Assembly (NCBI GenBank): GCA_965222155.1
Contig: CBDCTH010000012.1
Coordinates: 1,184,001-1,248,000, forward strand
Length of the DNA: 64,000 nt
Direction of reading: 5' to 3'
Source of the DNA: Gammaproteobacteria bacterium
Lineage (GTDB): Bacteria > Pseudomonadota > Gammaproteobacteria > Eutrophobiales > Eutrophobiaceae
Below the pieces are notes generated by a model. That model saw only the letters and a list, made by a program, of their open reading frames with translations. It was not told where the DNA came from and made no database searches. Numbering within the stretch: position 1 is the stretch's first letter; each line of letters starts with the position of its first letter. This document shows positions 61,400 through 64,000 of this stretch, piece by piece. The translations under genes and the position numbers were made by a program.

Positions 61400-62181
61400 C
61401 AGAGTATTTTTGTTGCCAGTAATTTCTTGGTTTCAGCAATGGCCTTGGCGGGGTTCAAGCCTTTCGGGCAGGTATTGGTGCAATTCATGATCGTGTGGCA
61501 ACGATACAGGCTGAACGGGTCTTCCAGTTCACCCAGTCGCTCCTCGGTGTTCTCGTCCCGGCTGTCTATTATCCAGCGGTAGGCCTGCAATAAAATCGCC
61601 GGTCCCAGGTAGCGGTCGCTGTTCCACCAGTAACTCGGACAGGCCGTAGAGCAGCAGGCGCACAGGATGCATTCGTATAAACCATCGAGTTTTTCCCGGT
61701 CTTGCTTGGTTTGCAGGCGCTCACTCTGGTCCGGGGCAGGGGAGCGGGTCTGCATCCAGGGTTTGATGGAGGTGTACTGTGCATAGAACTGGCTCAGGTC
61801 AGGGACCAGGTCCTTGACAACCGGAGTATGGGGCAGAGGATATATATTGATGTCGTGTTTAATAGCGCTGATGGTTTTGGTGCATGCCAGCGTGTTGACG
61901 CCGTCGATGTTCATGGCGCAGGAACCGCAGATGCCCTCGCGGCAGGAGCGCCGAAAGGTCAGGGTCGAGTCGATTCCATTCTTGACATGGATAAGCGCAT
62001 CCAGGACCATCTGGCCGCATTTCTCCAGGTCGACCTCATAGGTGTCCATTCTGGGGTTATCGCTCGTATCCGGATCCCAGCGGTAGACCCGCAGGGTTTT
62101 TTTCCGCGTCACGTTGCCGTTCAGCAGAAATGTTTTTCCCTGCTTCACTTTCGAATTTTTCGGCAATGTAAATTGCGCCAC
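61399..62181 (-). CDS. sdhB: Succinate dehydrogenase iron-sulfur subunit
   Basis: [40 protein letters not shown]. Confidence 0.97.
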   Translation of the reverse strand: MAQFTLPKNSKVKQGKTFLLNGNVTRKKTLRVYRWDPDTSDNPRMDTYEVDLEKCGQMVLDALIHVKNGIDSTLTFRRSCREGICGSCAMNIDGVNTLACTKTISAIKHDINIYPLPHTPVVKDLVPDLSQFYAQYTSIKPWMQTRSPAPDQSERLQTKQDREKLDGLYECILCACCSTACPSYWWNSDRYLGPAILLQAYRWIIDSRDENTEERLGELEDPFSLYRCHTIMNCTNTCPKGLNPAKAIAETKKLLATKIL

Positions 62182-62200
62182 TGTTGTTCTCTTTGGTTAT

Positions 62201-62296
62201 ATCCACAGATTACGCAGATTTTCACAGATTAAAAAGACAGGTCTGTTGTATTTTTTCATCTGCGTGCATCTGCGTGCATCTGCGTAATCTGCGGAT
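62201..62296. mobile_element. 96-bp minimal derivative of the GxxExxY element (family D) between sdhA and sdhB
   Basis: ATCCACAGATTACGCAGATT...ATCTGCGTAATCTGCGGAT inverted ends with extra GCATCTGCGT units. Confidence 0.75.
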
Positions 62297-62309
62297 TTTC
62301 ATTTGCGGA

Positions 62310-64000
62310 TTAATATACTCTCTTTTTCGGCGGCACCGTTTCCACTTCATCCGTCAGGGTGTACAGGTGTACCGGCCGGTAATCAAATTTCACCCTGCCC
62401 GAATCTGGATCCAGCCATGATAAGGTATGCTTCATCCAGCTTTCATCATCCCGTTCCGGGTAATCCTCCCGGGCATGAGCGCCGCGGCTCTCCTTGCGGT
62501 TTGCGGCAGAGCGGATGCTCACCTGTGCGCATTGCAACAGGTTTTCCAGTTCCAGGGTCTCGACCAGGTCGGTATTCCAGACCAGGGAACGATCCGCGGT
62601 GCTGACGTTATTGAATGACTGGTAAACAGTATCCATTTTTTCGACACCTTCCGCAAGTATTTCACCGCTGCGGAAGACTGCGGCATTGGTTTGCATGGTA
62701 CGCTGCATGTTGTTCCTGATTTCGGCGGTACGCATGTCGCCATCGGCATAACGAAGGCGGTCAAACCGTGCTATGGCCTGCTCAGTCGCTGAGGCGCCAA
62801 GGGGTTTGTGGGGGGAGCCGGGTTTGATTTCCCGGGCGGCGCACAGGGCCGCGCCGCGGCCGAACACGATGAGGTCCAGCAGGCTGTTTGAGCCGAGACG
62901 ATTGGCGCCATGGACCGATACACAGGCAGCTTCGCCGATTGCCATGAGGCCGGGGGCGATACTGTCGGGATTGCCGTCCTTCAATGTCACCATCTGCCCG
63001 TGGTAATTAGTCGGGATCCCGCCCATGTTGTAATGCACCGTAGGCAGGACGGGAATGGGCGCCCTGGAAACGTCCACTCCGGCGAAGATGTGGGCCGACT
63101 CTGCGATCCCGGGCAGGCGTTCGTTGATCACATCCGGTCCCAGGTGTTCCAGGTGCAGGTAGAGGTGGTCCCGTTCCGGGCCAATCCCGCGCCCCTCCCG
63201 GATTTCAATAGTCATGGAGCGGCTGACCACGTCCCGCGAAGCCAGGTCCTTGGCATTGGGGGCGTAACGCTCCATGAACCTTTCGCCCTCCGAATTGGTC
63301 AGGTAGCCGCCTTCGCCGCGCACCCCCTCTGTGATCAATACGCCGGCGCCGTAAATGCCGGTAGGGTGGAATTGAATGAATTCCATGTCCTGCAGAGGCA
63401 GGCCGGCGCGCAGTACCATGGCATTGCCGTCACCGGTGCAGGTATGGGCGGAGGTACAGGAGAAATAGGCGCGACCATAGCCTCCCGTAGCCAGGACCAC
63501 GGTGTGGGCGCGGAAGCAGTGCAGGTCGCCCTTCTCCAGGTCCCAGGCCAGGACCCCCCGGCATACGCCTGCGTCATCCATGATCAGGTCGATGGCAAAA
63601 TATTCGATGAAGAACTCGGCGTTATGCTTCAAGGACTGCTGGTACAAAGTATGCAGAATGGCGTGGCCGGTGCGGTCCGCCGCGGCGCAGGTACGTTGCG
63701 CCGTGCCTTCACCATAGTTGGTCGTCATCCCACCGAACGGGCGCTGATAAATTTTACCGTCCGTGGTGCGCGAGAAGGGTACGCCGTAATGCTCCAGTTC
63801 AATCACCGCAGCAGCGGCCTCCTTGCACATATACTCGATGGCGTCCTGGTCGCCCAGCCAGTCCGACCCCTTGATGGTATCGTACATATGCCAGCGCCAG
63901 TCATCCTCGCCCATATTGCCCAGGGCCGCGCTCATGCCCCCCTGGGCCGCAACGGTGTGACTGCGGGTGGGAAAGACCTTGGTGATGCAAGCCGTTTTCA
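62310..64000 (-). CDS. sdhA: Succinate dehydrogenase flavoprotein subunit (5' end outside window)
   Basis: [16 protein letters not shown] at window edge, [31 protein letters not shown]. Confidence 0.97.
   Translation of the reverse strand, partial: KTACITKVFPTRSHTVAAQGGMSAALGNMGEDDWRWHMYDTIKGSDWLGDQDAIEYMCKEAAAAVIELEHYGVPFSRTTDGKIYQRPFGGMTTNYGEGTAQRTCAAADRTGHAILHTLYQQSLKHNAEFFIEYFAIDLIMDDAGVCRGVLAWDLEKGDLHCFRAHTVVLATGGYGRAYFSCTSAHTCTGDGNAMVLRAGLPLQDMEFIQFHPTGIYGAGVLITEGVRGEGGYLTNSEGERFMERYAPNAKDLASRDVVSRSMTIEIREGRGIGPERDHLYLHLEHLGPDVINERLPGIAESAHIFAGVDVSRAPIPVLPTVHYNMGGIPTNYHGQMVTLKDGNPDSIAPGLMAIGEAACVSVHGANRLGSNSLLDLIVFGRGAALCAAREIKPGSPHKPLGASATEQAIARFDRLRYADGDMRTAEIRNNMQRTMQTNAAVFRSGEILAEGVEKMDTVYQSFNNVSTADRSLVWNTDLVETLELENLLQCAQVSIRSAANRKESRGAHAREDYPERDDESWMKHTLSWLDPDSGRVKFDYRPVHLYTLTDEVETVPPKKRVY

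Overview
Bacterial chromosomal window, most likely a gammaproteobacterium (ypjD/ccsA-ffh and yfjD arrangement, sdhAB-sdhE-ygfZ, yheT, dsbB). A host-associated or marine lifestyle is only an inference from the repeated FG-GAP/RTX proteases and heavy repeat load. The first ~36 kb is accessory. It holds an AbiE-type type IV toxin-antitoxin (TA) pair, a frameshifted ~1715-codon exonuclease-RecQ-UvrD fusion, a Rieske oxygenase and a stand-alone ferredoxin, sulfatase/GMC/DUF6152 genes, PIN-Phd and ParD-like/zeta TA loci, and a methylsuccinyl-CoA dehydrogenase-like gene. It also holds three serralysin-like (M10) FG-GAP/RTX metalloprotease paralogs (two joined tail-to-tail, mosaic, bracketed by 27-nt and 23-nt poly-C tracts) and a TonB receptor-amidase-AraC unit. 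The remainder is mostly core: yejABEF-like, modABC, gor, yfjD, ccsA-like, ffh, dsbB, yheT, ygfZ, sdhE, sdhB and sdhA (partial). It includes a higBA pair and a collapsed type III restriction-modification (R-M) locus interrupted by an IS1380 with perfect terminal inverted repeats (TIRs) and a CTAG duplication. Intergenic DNA carries at least five families of short palindromic or miniature inverted-repeat (MITE-like) elements. The best candidate for an undescribed system is a GxxExxY (PD-(D/E)xK) nuclease gene bounded by ATCCGCAGAT(T/G)ACGCAG inverted repeats, present with 154-bp and 96-bp internally deleted derivatives inserted between operonic genes. No rRNA, tRNA or CRISPR array was recognised. 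Several 1-2 nt frameshifts may be real decay or consensus errors. All family assignments are from motif recognition, not database searches.
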